A stretch of DNA of 63,621 nt, counting the filler, from Octopus bimaculoides (taxonomy: Eukaryota), in NCBI RefSeq assembly GCF_001194135.2. It is 6 parts of 5 records of this genome, joined end to end, with 100 filler letters (N's around TTAATTAATTAA, not from the genome) between each part and the next. Parts side by side here need not be neighbours in the genome. Positions count along the whole stretch, not along the records: positions 1 to 28,518 come from NC_068983.1; positions 28,619 to 51,164 come from NC_069000.1; 4 more parts are not named here. One strand, written 5' to 3'. Positions 14,980 through 29,174 of the stretch are shown here, piece by piece. Position 1 is the stretch's first letter. Every line of letters begins with the position of its first letter. Under the pieces are notes generated by a model that was not told the origin of the DNA, ran no database searches, and was given only the letters and a program-made list of their open reading frames with translations. A program made the translations under genes and the position numbers.

Positions 14980-15590
14980 CGTTTAGAAGACATATAGAGT
15001 TAAAATGGAAAAGATAATTCGATGAGTGTTTCCTAATTTGGACCAAATCCCTTGAGAATCTGGAAAATTTCATCACTCAACTACCATATCTTGTGGCATT
15101 GTTGTTAATTACAATTGCATAGTGGTAATTAACAACAATGCCACAATCAAATCTGATGCATATTACAAAAGCACAGATACACAGCAGTAGCTAAATTTCA
15201 AATCGTGCCACCCAACACACACAAAACACAACATCCCGTACTGTCTAGCCAGTAAAATTTGTACTATAGTAGATGATCCAAATACCAGGAACATACGACT
15301 TATAGAACTCAAAGGATTTCTGCTCAAGTAAAATTACCCTCTCCTATTTATAGAAAATAGCATACAGCGAGCAAAAGAGATACCTATAGAACACGAGAAA
15401 CACGAACCCATCTACAGAACACAATATCATTCGAAGTTACACATAATCAGCATCACCAAAACATTTTGAACGTCATCAAAATAAATTTGCCAATCCTGAA
15501 GCAAAGTGAAAAGTTAGAAAATATAATAACTAATCAATAACTAATAAAACAATTATCATAAGCAACGGCAACCACATAGTGCAATTCAAA
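14980..15590 (+). mobile_element. Penelope-like element RT/thumb fragment, copy 2 (inverted relative to copy 1)
   Basis: WKR*FDECFLIWTKS (decayed YxDD), YYKSTDTQQ*LNFKSCHPTHTKHNIPYCLASKIC, RLIELKGFLLK*NYPL; nucleotide homology to 14505-14840. Confidence 0.9.
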
Positions 15591-15614
15591 AGCCAAGGAA
15601 AAGAATCAACATTC

Positions 15615-15775
15615 TCATCCTGGTCGATCTGAGCCCTCGGAAATGAAGCTACGCTGTTTGAAGAGAATTGTGGAAAACGAACCCCATTTTAAGGCTTCTG
15701 ACCTTGCAAAACAGCTAGAAGTTAGTCAAAGAACGGATGTTACATATCTACATAAGCTTGGGTACGCAGACATTC
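15615..15775 (+). mobile_element. Tc1/mariner transposase HTH fragment
   Basis: HPGRSEPSEMKLRCLKRIVENEPHFKASDLAKQLEVSQRTDVTYLHKLGY resembles the second HTH of Tc1/mariner transposases. Confidence 0.65.
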
Positions 15776-16436
15776 CACAAGAGACAATCACAAGGTTCAT
15801 CATTTCAATGCCAAAAAAGGTTTCTTAATTAAAAATGCAAAGGGAATGTCAACTAAATACTAAAATATGTAGTCCTGCCTATCGATTGCTTTCAATTGTT
15901 TGCTTTGCATATTAAATAGAATATTTTGAAAATTAAAGGTGTCTATTTACTTCCTGCATGTCTGTGTGTACACATATATGTATGCATGTATGCATGTATG
16001 CATGCGTAGAATGAAAGAGAGAGAGAGAGAGAGAGAGAGATAGGGAGTAAGAGAAGGAAAGATTGTGAGAGAGACATATATATAATAATTCAACATGTAA
16101 TGTGTGACATAATAGAATATTTAATGTCGCATAACTTAATTTGGCCTGTTATCTAATATTACACAAATAGTTAACAATGCAGCATATAAAATATAAAATG
16201 TAATTTCATACAAATTAGAGGAGTAATCTGGGAAGTTAAGATAAAATATCTGTAAGTTGCAATTTATAACCATCGAAGCTCACATGAAAGTCAAGATTCC
16301 GTTGTAATATGCAATATTCTATCATGTTATGAAACATACTTTGTAGCGAGTTTGATATAACAATGAGACACATCATTGAAATATCGCCTAATTTAATTTG
16401 GTCATATATAGAGTTGCACAGATACACAAGCACGTG

Positions 16437-16508
<72 letters not shown>

Positions 16509-16599
16509 CAGCACACACAAATAAATGTGTGTAAGATATATTTATATCAGGTAACATTAAATAAAAATTTACTTGTGGTATCGTTTTAAGTCCCATAAA

Positions 16600-19100
16600 T
16601 TTGAAGTTGTCTCTTACTATTAGGCAAAACAAGGGGTAAAATGAATAGAGTGGGAATTATCGTAAACTTCAAAAATACATAAGTTCGTGAAATTGGTATC
16701 GAACTACATAATATTATTATATGAAGTAATAAATGAAACCAAAGTTTAAGACTAAAAGAAACATTTATTATGCTTACAGTGAGAAGTCTATGATGAAAGA
16801 CCTGCAAATGTGGATAATTGTAGTCGTAAACTTGTTACATGCAATATTATCTAAAGGTGGACTGTTATGGTTTTTAAAGTAACATAGCAGTTCGGGTGTC
16901 GTTTGCAGAAGGTGCTGATTCAATACAGATTCCTATAGCATCAGCGGAAGATGTATAAGTAATATGTGAAAAATTAATAAAATATACTCGTGGGTGGGAT
17001 GCCATATATAATATGTACATTTAGAGAAAATTGAAAGAACGACATAAAATACCGTTTATATGAAGCAGCATTATTTTAGGGAAGAACATTATGACTAACA
17101 TAGATATTGCAGATTATTAGTTCTAACATCATCTAAAAAGTATAATGAATACGATATAAATTAGATTCACAATACCCGGAAATGTTTAGAATACACACTA
17201 TAATAACACTGTAACAAAGAGTGTAAAATATACAATTATATATACAAAATACTATTGATAAGAGTGATGGCTGTTTGCCATCTAAAGTAATACACTACTG
17301 ATGAAAGAATTACGAATAAATGAATTACAATTAAAGCAAAAGTGACGGTAGTTGTATTTTAATTTTAGAAAGTTTGAAAGGGAGGCAGAACGGCTATATA
17401 GGATAGTTATATATTACTAACATATGGAGGAAAATGTTTAATATGATCTATGCTTATTCAGTCAGTGAATTTTGAGATTGGTAACGTTGAATGTATTTCA
17501 ACCTGTGAGATGAAAATACATCAAATTATGCTAGCACTTGCGATGATTTTGTCCAAATTAGAAAATAGCGTTTGGAGATGATGCGATAGAATAGAATACA
17601 TTTGGTCATAACGTGTGGGACGTGAAATAAAATGATGTTTGTTAATTTTATATTAAATAACGTGGTATAGAAGTTCTTGTTGAGTAATGTTGTAAAAATA
17701 TATAAAAGACGTTAGGAACTTACACCATACTATTACATCAGGAAAATTACATTACATTTACTATGATATAAAAATAAAGAAAGTTAGATGTAATATCGTC
17801 TACGAGAATACACTGTTTCTTAAAACGTAGAACATAAAATCATTTGCAGTAATACGAGCGTAAGGTGTAACATATTATCTCATATAAATTTTCTATGAAA
17901 CTAAAGAGCTAATCGTGTGCAACTATATACCGAAGCATTCAAACCGGTTTGCAAAATAATATTTCAGAAATTGATTTTGCGTAGAAAGGCTAGATTTCCT
18001 ACAATGAATTATCTCAAAAGCCACCAAAATTAACATAAGAAGCATAATATCAAACGGAGTATGTCGTAGTCTCATACAGAGTGGATAAAAATAATGAAAC
18101 TGATTCATATATATCATACAATGATATGCAGGGTGATATTTACTCTCACCCAATGACACTTAATACTATAGACGGAGTGATAAAACAAATGTAATGAAAC
18201 ATGATGTAGAACGAAATAGCTTGTAAATAGCATCATACAAGGAGTGTGAGTTGGAATAGTATATCAGAAACAACTTGTATGACATGGCAATGTGCAATCA
18301 GCAAACATTATATACTGGGTGAGGTACATAATCATTTCATGTAATATAAAATAGTGTTAGATGTAATATGATCAAACCATCAAGCGCATAAAGCAGGTGA
18401 AATGCAATGTCACTAAATAATCTACGATCAGCTGTAATGTGAACGAATGTAACGTAATATTGTTAACGCACAGCTATAATATGGAGTAGAGAAATATATC
18501 ACTAAGTGAGATGTATTATCATGAAATTTAACACAATGTTGAAGAGATTTATATCATTTAAAGTAACATTAAACAGATAGGTCACATGTAATGCAGTGTT
18601 AGAGAACATGACACTTAGGTGAAAGGGATGTCATACAATCTACATTTATACACTTTAGAAGAGAAATTGTAATATTATCTATAGGCATAATCTCTCAGAG
18701 GGTTTTGAGATTAATATCATTTAGGAAATATTATTATTGAAGATCATGAGATGTAATATTGCATAAAGTATGTTAGAACTAGCAAATGGAATGTGATATC
18801 TAAAGTATCACACGTATGGGTAGGGTGTGATCTATTGTCATTTAATGTACAATAATACTGTGTAGACCAAGATGAAATAACATCCGTAATAACTTAAAGG
18901 TCAGGTATAATATTTGGTAAAGGAACATAAAAGCGACAATGTTAGAGTATCACACAAAGAAATTCAGCTGTTATGGACTTCGGATAAATGTATCAACAAA
19001 AGCAATACAACATACACTATACAATTCATCATCTAAAATCTTGGACAGCACATAATAAAATAACAGTCGCTATAGATGCTAGGATTTTAAATTCACGATA
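16600..19100. repeat. Highly diverged ~41-bp tandem array, block 2
   Basis: Core motif starts at 18544, 18583, 18625, 18664, 18707, 18748 and 18788 (spacing 39-43 bp); scattered cores occur further left, from about 16840. Confidence 0.75.
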
Positions 19101-19599
19101 AGTTCTTCTGGTTATCTCACATGTATAATAGACTAACGAAGTGTAGGATTCCTGCCAAGAAAATACATTAAAGGGGAATCCACAGTACTAATCTTCCTCT
19201 TCGAAGTCAGAAAAATAATTCAATTTAAATTACGGTGGTGTTTCTACACAGAAGAATATAGACTTGTCTTACAATGGATTACAGATTTCGCATAAACTCG
19301 ATAGTTCTATTACACGCTTAGACAGTTTTACTTCACCCAAAGGAGTGACATAGATATATCGAATATAAACTACGGCAAATTCTGGTTCAACGATATGCTG
19401 CTTTAGTTCTTTGACTATTTTTATCGCTATAAACACATCGTCCGCAATTCTGTACTTACTCGTTTTTTTTAACATGTCGTCCAAAGTATATCCAACAAAC
19501 ACAGCTGAAATGCCTCTCTGACAGATACATATCTCATCACTTAGGGTTCTAACTCGGGAACACGGACAAGTCTGTTTCCATGAGTATCATTTCTTTAAA

Positions 19600-21060
19600 G
19601 TATCGGGTTCAGATCAAATTTTTGGCCTTCAAAATGTCAAATTAAGGGATTTTCAAGCTAAGAATTGGCTCTATCTAATTACCTGATCTCATGGTGATGA
19701 AACATATCCTAAGAGATATGCAATCACGTAATGCATTAATGTATAACAAAATCGGGTGAAATGAATAGCATAACGTTGTGGAGAATAGACCTAGATCCAT
19801 CTAAAGTAATACAGTACTGTAAGCAGGGTGATGTGATATCAGCTACAATATGAAAATATGAATAAATGTCAGGTTTTATACCATGTAACAGATTGCGAAT
19901 TGAGGAAAGTGAGCGGAAGTAAGAAGTAAAATGCTAGCAAGCAGTAACAGTGAGCCGTAGGAAACGTGATGTCACTACGTCAATTATATTGAGGGAGGGT
20001 GATAATTTGACAGAATCGTTAAATTGGCTGCAAAACTGTCTTTTTGAATTTCATCAGGTTTCGCTCTCATCGCTCTATGATGAATAAAAGAAGGTACTAG
20101 AGTCAGTGATATCAACGATCTACGAAGTCTCGTGTCATTGGAAACCCTTATAACCCAAAGTATCAATAAATGACACTTATTCACGCCGATTCTATGACAA
20201 TATATTAGAGATGCTAGTGCATATACTCGGCAAATTTTGTAAGCTTTTGCTTTGCGAGAGCATTTAGAATAGCTCTCGTCGAAACTAACAGAGATTCACC
20301 TTGCTATATTAAGAGGAATTAAATGGGATGCATTTTAAAGTCATATTATATGAAAGTGAAAAATGATGGATTAAACTGAAGCGAACAGCTATATCTGTGA
20401 AGATGTAATAACAGGAGACTGAAGAAATACGCTGGCATGTAATAAGACTAAAGTGATCATAAATGAGCAAAGATGAATAAAAGATTAGATAAAGTTTCAC
20501 AGATTATGCGAATTTCCGCATATGCTTAAACAAATCTGAGTAAAATGGTATCAATATCATGTAAATTATTACAACAAAAAATGGATATATGAGACGTAAT
20601 ATCATAGATAAATTCACACAAATTTACGGATTTACTTGTAATATCATAAGAGGAGAAGGTGAGATAACTTTATCAAGGCAATAGAGAAGTAAGTGCTATA
20701 TATATATATATCACTGTATATATAAGAGAAAAGAGAGGTAAGTGCTATATACATATCACTACTTAAATGGGATATAATCTTAAATAGTCCATACCTAAGT
20801 AACGTGAAGAACAGTGAGATTAATATCAATCAAAACAGCATAAAGTTATGGAAAGTCCGATGTGTTAACTGATACTAAGTATTACTGGGTAGCTGAAATA
20901 AATGGTAATTTTATATAGAACTGAATTAGATGTCTTCTATCATAAAAAATTACACAGGAATGTGTATGAACGATTTGTGATATAATGGCACTTGGGGTAG
21001 CACAAAATTAATATATATACATGGATCGAAATTGTGGTGAGATACTTAATTACCTAATCA
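19600..21060. repeat. Highly diverged ~41-bp tandem array, block 3
   Basis: Cores such as gatccatctaaagtaatac (19796), gagacgtaatatcatag (20591) and gagattaatatc (20816). Confidence 0.55.
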
Positions 21061-21265
21061 AACTAGACGTTGTTCCGACGATAAATAAAGATAATCTATA
21101 GTGACATAAAATTAATGCTTTTGATATCTCTTTCTTTCTGTTTCTCTATCTATCTATTTATTTATTTACCTATCTGCCTGTTTGTCTTTCCGTCTGTCAG
21201 TCTCTCTATCTACCTATATATCTATCTATCTTTATCTAAAAAATGTTTGTTCATATACACAAGTA

Positions 21266-21309
<44 letters not shown>

Positions 21310-21510
21310 CTTCAAAATTCATCCAAGGCTAGGATTAGGGTTAGGGTTAATCCAGGATCACAAGAAATAAATACACTTCAATAAAATTTCTTTTGTTCAA
21401 CAGGGCCTGCCCTATTTAACATTGTCTCGAAACCGATCAAATAGGAAATGGATCCCATGGCCTTTAAACGGAATCTGGACAAATTACTGCAAGGAATACC
21501 ACATGCGGTG
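21310..21510 (+). mobile_element. CR1/Jockey-like LINE 3' fragment
   Basis: FKIHPRLG ... GPALFNIVSKPIK*EMDPMAFKRNLDKLLQGIP; homologous to the minus-strand copy at 52120-52775. Confidence 0.75.
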
Positions 21511-21644
21511 CTATTAAGTTAGACATGGGTTGGACGAATCTTTGGTTGAAACATATCTAAGTTTTCTAAGTTACGTATAGAAATATTAATATTTCTAAGT
21601 CTCTATAAAGGCAATAACTATCAATAAGTTATATATACATATGC

Positions 21645-21700
<56 letters not shown>

Positions 21701-22359
21701 GAATATATATATATATATAATTAAATTAAGCAAGATGATGTCAAGTAGTAATGCAGTACGACCGTTTCATGCGACTCCATTTAATTGAACAATGCGATCA
21801 TTACGTCAATTTAAATGCAGTGCCATCTTCAATTCCACAAGTAAATGAAATTTTAATAAGTAGGATACATTAATATAATTTTTCTTAAATGTTTTAACAG
21901 AGCAAGAGATAGAAGAAATTGATGTTGTCGCTATTGTAGCTAAGAATAGTCTACAACTTCTAAGAATCGCATGGAACATAGTAGGGCCAAGGGGTTGTAA
22001 GGGCTGTAGTTCATTTCTAATTCATTTATCACTTTATCAGCTACTAAATCTAAGACTAGAAGACTGTCTATTTAGAATAAAGAATACGAGTGAATTGATA
22101 TCTCATGGCTAGGTATGGTCATCGATATTATCATAGGTATCCCTTTTCCTCGGGAAGGAATTAAATACATTAGGAGTAGTCAGATGGATATAAGTAAGTC
22201 TATAAAAAGAGGCAGGACAGGGGTAGACTTTAAATGATAATGTTAATTACCAGTTAAAGAGGCAAGACGCTAAGAAACCTAAGATGTTAATACTGAGGAA
22301 ATTTTATTTAGGGACACTATGGGGGAATGTTTATAAACAACATTGTTATTTTGTATAAA

Positions 22360-22390
<31 letters not shown>

Positions 22391-24380
22391 NNNNNNNNNN
22401 NNNNNNNNNNNNNNNNNNNNNNNNNNNNNNNNNNNNNNNNNNNNNNNNNNNNNNNNNNNNNNNNNNNNNNNNNNNNNNNNNNNNNNNNNNNNNNNNNNNN
22501 NNNNNNNNNNNNNNNNNNNNNNNNNNNNNNNNNNNNNNNNNNNNNNNNNNNNNNNNNNNNNNNNNNNNNNNNNNNNNNNNNNNNNNNNNNNNNNNNNNNN
22601 NNNNNNNNNNNNNNNNNNNNNNNNNNNNNNNNNNNNNNNNNNNNNNNNNNNNNNNNNNNNNNNNNNNNNNNNNNNNNNNNNNNNNNNNNNNNNNNNNATA
22701 TATATATATACATACGCATACATGTACATAAACATGTACAAACACTCATACAGATAGATATGCATGCGGACTTACACACATATTCACACACGCACGCACA
22801 CACATACATGTACAGGGACACAAACATTGATGTTAATGATTGCAAAATATACATTGTATATGTATATGAGTATGTGCGTGACTATGTACAGAGATATTCA
22901 TAGACACACAAGCAAACTCACAAATACAGACACACAGACACATGCACACGCGTGTATACATAAACCCCACTCGCACACGCGTGCATACATACACACATAT
23001 ATTATAAGTTTATACGTATATACATATGTACATACACACATATATAATCATATACACACATATATGTATGCATACATTATGACCTATAAGTGATACTTGG
23101 AAGAGGTAACATATGAAGTAACTTGACTCTAATGTTATTCGTATGATTCTAAACTAATCCAACACCATTATTTGCAAGAGTTAATATCATATATCTGCAA
23201 CATTCTGCTGTATTACACATTCATTAAATGGGCAATGGGAAACCTCTCTCCATTTCTTCCTTCTCTCTTTCTTTCTCGCGCTCTCACTTTTCTCTCCTCC
23301 TTTACACTCAGCCAGGTCTGCTTGCAAAATACCCCATACCCTCTAGAGTTATTAGTTGTGACAAATACTCTCTATGTTACGGATCAAGGAGAATGTTTTT
23401 TTGTTTTGCTGTCATACACCGTAACATATTGTCTCATGGAAATAAACTTATCCTCCATTTGACCCTGGCCTACCTCACCGTAGCGCAACCCTCGATCAAC
23501 CTAGACACCAAATATTGTAGCTGATATCTTTGACCTAATTCCAGGGCAATATGCCCAAATGGGATTATGGGAAAATAAGTCTCCTTCGCCTGCATTGGAA
23601 TTGTCTACAGATGAGGGACCGCTTAGATGGGCTGCAGAGTAATACAACGGAAGTATAAACCAAACAATGGCTTCTTCAAAGTAACATAATATGTACCAAA
23701 CATTAATAATTCAAGGATAAAAGACGACAACAAAGAACAGTGTTATAATATTGTGTTTTATCCGGCTGAAAAGACCAGCCTAGCCATTTTTCTGATCCAA
23801 TACAAGTACCTTGTAATGTCTTATTGCACTTCCAGGTGTGCCGGAATAAATTTTGACCCCATATACATTACACAAAACTTTCCGTTTTTATTTCCCGTAT
23901 ATTAAAAACACTGTGACGAATTACAGTCAACTATATTATGTCGTAATTTCTATTCAGAAAAATAAAGATAACAGAAAAACAAACAACTTACCTCAATTTC
24001 GATTGATCCGAGAATCCATTCAAGTAACACGTTGTCAGTATATTCCGTATTGTTTACAATACCAATGCTACATTAACGCCAAATCCTATTAGTATATTGT
24101 GATTCACTTCGCTACCTATTGGGTCACTTATATTCATTTTAATCCGTTTTGCTATATTTTATCTTCACCTTTGTGAACCAATCTCAGTTGTAATTCAATT
24201 TTTTTAGAATACTGTCTTTACAAGATTTTAAGTGAATTTATACTTTTATAGCGTTGTTTCATATATATATTTATAAGAATGTGCGTGTATATATATATAT
24301 ATATAAGCAAGTAAGTATGTCTCTATATATATATATATATGTTTGTATGTATACATATACAAATATGTGTGTATACATAT

Positions 24381-24415
<35 letters not shown>

Positions 24416-25396
24416 NNNNNNNNNNNNNNNNNNNNNNNNNNNNNNNNNNNNNNNNNNNNNNNNNNNNNNNNNNNNNNNNNNNNNNNNNNNTATATACATT
24501 TGTATATGTATACACACATATTTGTATATGTATATATATATACCAATACGTATGTATGTATGTGCGTATATGTACATACATAGAGGCATCTATATTTACA
24601 CACACACACATATCAGTTTATGAAATTATAAATTTCCATTACATTATTATTTTTTTACACATATTTTTATTTCAAGCATCGTATATTTTACATAATATAT
24701 CTTACATACATTTTATCACGTATAGTTTTAATATTCCTTTTGATGTATCACCTATACAGATTTTTTATGACCAATATCACGTTCATTTTATTTCTACGCA
24801 TGACCCATAAACCTTAGTTCATTACTCTATCAACCTAACATAAGATGTATCCCTCTTCCTTCTGTTCTCTCTTTATCTTTTATCTAATTCTTAACTTTGA
24901 GGTGCTTTTTCTTGTTAATTGAACATGTGAAGCCTGTCAGATGCGTGTGTAAAGGAGCGTGTGCGTGTGTATGTGCGTGAATCTGTGTGTAGTTTGTGTG
25001 GAGAAATGAGTCATAGAAAATAAAGAACATAAAGAAGTAAACGAAGAAATTTGGCATAATTTTATGAACTTAAATTTTATTTAGCCCATAAACGATATTT
25101 CTTGATCTGATAAAAAAAAGCATGCAAATATGCGATGCCGTTATAAAATTCAATGTTTTTATGTTAATGTGTCTCTTTACGACTAACTATACAAACTTAT
25201 TATTTAGCGAAATGATTATATTTGAAATAAAGGAATATGACCAGCCTCCCCTCAGTCCAGTCGTATATATGCATGTTTTGGTCAAGTATTTGCCGGTAAC
25301 CAAAGGTCACAAGCATAAAATTCGGAGTGACATCTCGTGAAATTGTCCACTTTTAATAAAGAAGATAAAACACTACAATATATATTGATTTCAAAA

Positions 25397-25570
25397 TTTG
25401 GTACAAGGCCTGCAATTCTGGGGAGGGGAATAGTCGACTACATCGACACCAGTGTTCAACAGGTACTTTTTTATCGACCTCGGCGGAATTTCAACTCGGA
25501 ACATAAAGACGGACGAAATGCTACTAAACATGTTGCTCGGTGTGATAACAATTCTGATAGCTTACCGCCT
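25397..25570 (-). mobile_element. SINE family C
   Basis: ggtacaaggcctgcaatt..gggagggg..gtcgactacatcgac..cggcggaatttcaactc; head at the right end. Confidence 0.8.
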
Positions 25571-25769
25571 TAAAATATTACAATATATATTAAGCGCTAG
25601 TTTCTCTACTTGCTCGTGCGATACTTGTATGATACATATGAAATACAGACACACGCGCACACACATATACATCAGAAAACATACACATACACTCACACAC
25701 ACTCAGACCAACAGACACACACGCACACATATACATTCTAACATAGCAATCACGCTTCAAGACCGTTGT

Positions 25770-25990
25770 ATGCGGTAATATAACCTAGAAGTAATATCCA
25801 CTTGATGCAATATCCATATAAAGTCCGTGAATACCGATATTTATGATGCTTAATATTATCTAAATAAATAACCTATGAATCTTGCGTGCCAGACACTTTT
25901 ATCTTCAGTAAATTAACCTTGGTATTGATGAGATTTAATATCATATAAACTAACATAGCACCGCTGTTTATCACATATTCAATATACTTT
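25770..25990. repeat. Outlying block of the ~41-bp array
   Basis: gaagtaatatccac, ttaatattatctaaa and gagatttaatatcatataaac cores. Confidence 0.4.
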
Positions 25991-28852
25991 AGCTTTTCTT
26001 CAAAGTAAACATGATTCGGTATAAAATTTTTAACTGACATAAGTCGTTCAAACTTTCCAAGTTCGTAGACTTCCTCGTCTTCTCTGGTACTTTTTCATTT
26101 AATCTTTATTGCAGGCAAATTATGGGTTCCAAACAGATACAAAAGAATGTAATTAAGTTCTTAACGAATGGGTGGGATGAAGTTGTTGTAGATCTACAGA
26201 ACACGACAAGGTATTTGCAACAATGGCATTTTTAACAATAATAGTGTGCCTAGATGGGGGATAAAGTTTAGAAAGTGGAAACTAGCTTTAAAGTCAAACT
26301 ATGCAGTGAGGAACCATCCACCTCGGCTACTGACAAGTCACGAGCCATGAGTTTCCTGCATAGCTAGATTACGGCAGCAATCTAATGCAAAAGATGGTAG
26401 AAGCATTTAGGTATCGGAAAGTTTGTACAAAGAGATATCTTAGTAATCGACATCTAATGTGAGGTGGAGAATGTTAAAAAAATTGCTTTAATCGGCTGGA
26501 AGCCTTCAAAGTCAACGTAGAAACGTTTTAATACGCGCTTGTGACATGGATAAAACGTGCGCACATTTTTATTACCTGCGAGCGAAGTTGCAATGCACGG
26601 AGTGGCATCACATCACTTCTCCAAGGTCTAAAAAATTCGATGTGTACAAAAAGGCATTATGACTAGGACTTTTATACGACTAGGTTATAATTCTCCTTGA
26701 TTTTCAGGAATACAGGTTTTCAGGAATAAACAAGGATTGGTAAATTGAGACAGCGCAAAAATCTGACAGAAATGATTAGGAGCAAGAATCGGAAAATCTG
26801 GTAAATTGGATTGTTTAGTGGTACTCATCCACTGTTGATCTTAGATCTGGTACCCTTTTGTTTCTTCTTCTCCTATCCAATAAATTATAGCCTTCGACAC
26901 AATGATTTTCTGAAATAGAGATTAAGAAACCGGTTCTGAAACAGTGGGTACAAATGGTTCACACCTGAATCGAAAAGTGTTCGAGTGTTGGGTTCACTTA
27001 GTTTGGAAATATATCGCTTATGCTGGAGGCTACATTGTGAAGTAAGTTTGTAGGAGAAAAGTTACTGTACATGTGCAATTTCAACGATGTCAGTTAACGA
27101 AAAATTATGCCTCCTCCTACTTTTATATTTATTTCGGGACATCACTCGAATGAAATATCCCAAAACAGGGGTGTGGTTGTTGCAAAATCATCGGCAGTAA
27201 CTTTACGCTCACGTCTATAAGATGTAAATTAATTAAGCTAACGTAACATCGATTGTGCTGTTTCGAAAGCTAGGGCTCACATACTTTGTGTATAGAGCTT
27301 CCTAACAGCTGATTTATACGTCGTACACAGACAAAGATAGTGTCTAATCAGGAAACCCTTCACACAAACGTGGTTACATAGCATTTCCCTTGTAAGAAAA
27401 TATATAAAAACACAACTTCGTATGACTTCGCATTGAAAGTAAACAATTTGATGTAAACAAGACAAGAATTTCAAAAGAAACATTTTGCACCAAAATAATT
27501 TTTTTACTCAGTTCATGTGTAGCAGGAAAATTCAAATGCACTTAAAGCTGATTGTCTACTATCCGGGCATCAAGGAAACAATGACAAAGCAAGCTTCACA
27601 AGTAAGTCTACAACTACATGCACTACTAGTTACAAAAAATCAAGCGTAAAAAGTTGCCGGAACATACCCTAATCGAAAACTTTCATTTTCTCATTAAGTT
27701 TGTGTGAAATTTCTTTCGTAAAACGTCAACAAAGTCTTTCTAGTTATTAATATCATTCTGTTTGATATAGAAACATTGAAAGACATTTGACATTTATGAT
27801 AGTGAACTGGAAGCTTGTCTTTCAGTACACACGCAGATACACACACACACACACACACAAATCTGTGTATGTTTGTATCTATCTATCTATCTCTCTCTCT
27901 ATATATATATACGTATTATACGTATTATGTATATATATATATTATATGAATATATATTATACACATTATATATTATGTATATGTATATATATTAATACAT
28001 ATATATGTTGTTGTTGTTATGTTGTTAGCAATAAAGTGTGTAAGAAGATAGTATACTCTTTGTTAATATTGTTTTCGACCATATTTATTACATTGTAATA
28101 TTTTTAACATAGTGTGGAATTTTCTGATCTTTAAATGAAGAAATAAATATATTTCATATTATATATCGGAATTGGAGCCATTCTCTACATTCTACCAACA
28201 AAATATACATCTCAACACATACGCACATGAAACTGCCAATAACTCTGTGGAGTGTGTAATGTAATACATGTAATATTATCTAACTCTGATTTTTCTGGCA
28301 TGTAATATCATATAAGGAAATATCTTATTATTATAAGTCCTATAATGTAAAGTGACGGTGGTGTTTGTGATATTTACTTCATACACACACACACACACAG
28401 ACACACACACACACAGAGACAAACACTCACACTCACACACACGCACATACACATGATGTATGTATGCATATATATATATATATATATATACACACAAATA
28501 TATATATATATATATATANNNNNNNNNNNNNNNNNNNNNNNNNNNNNNNNNNNNNNNNNNNNTTAATTAATTAANNNNNNNNNNNNNNNNNNNNNNNNNN
28601 NNNNNNNNNNNNNNNNNNGTCTGTGTGTGTGTGTACGTATGCAGTACCCATGTCATCAACGCACGCATACGCATAAGCTTGCATTGTATGTCTGCATACT
28701 TTTTTTTTTTAATTTATATTCACATACATACAGTCATATATTCGTTTTACCTGCATACATACATTGATATACATTTATACACAGGGATGTACAGAGAGAG
28801 AAACATTTGTGCGTGTTAACACGCTTATATACTTGTATCTGTATATACATAC

Positions 28853-28910
<58 letters not shown>

Positions 28911-29174
28911 GTGTGTATATACATAATTACATACAGGATGCGATGGGTAAACTGCCGCCATTTTATATTTTTAATTGCGCTCATACCCGTTGTTTGCTTT
29001 TGATTTTGTCGACTACACAGTATTGTAGGGTCACTTGGACACTCTCTGTAAGAAAAAACAGCGCCGTGAAACAATTCCCTCTGCCAGAAATTTGGAAATG
29101 ACATGCTGTACTGCTTGGCATTCACACTGGAAGCTCCACTACGAACATTTCAGTGTTTGGGTGTCAATGTGAGG

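Noticed and set aside
23992-24067. Minus-strand candidate exon (IGIVNNTEYTDNVLLEWILGSIEIE) with a GTAAGT donor
   Set aside because: Weak acceptor, no recognisable homology and no partner exons.
25105-25150. CTGATAA..GCAT gcaaat ATGC GATG hammerhead-like remnant
   Set aside because: Core is mutated at several positions and helix I is absent.
26109-26211. Acceptor-bounded open frame QIMGSKQIQKNVIKFLTNGWDEVVVDLQNTT
   Set aside because: Weak donor, no CUB/Neto similarity and phase incompatible with the exon chain.
28563-28574. TTAATTAATTAA islands centred in N-runs (also near 51209, 58090, 60397 and 62300)
   Set aside because: An identical PacI-like 12-mer inside gaps is a scaffolding spacer, not biological sequence.
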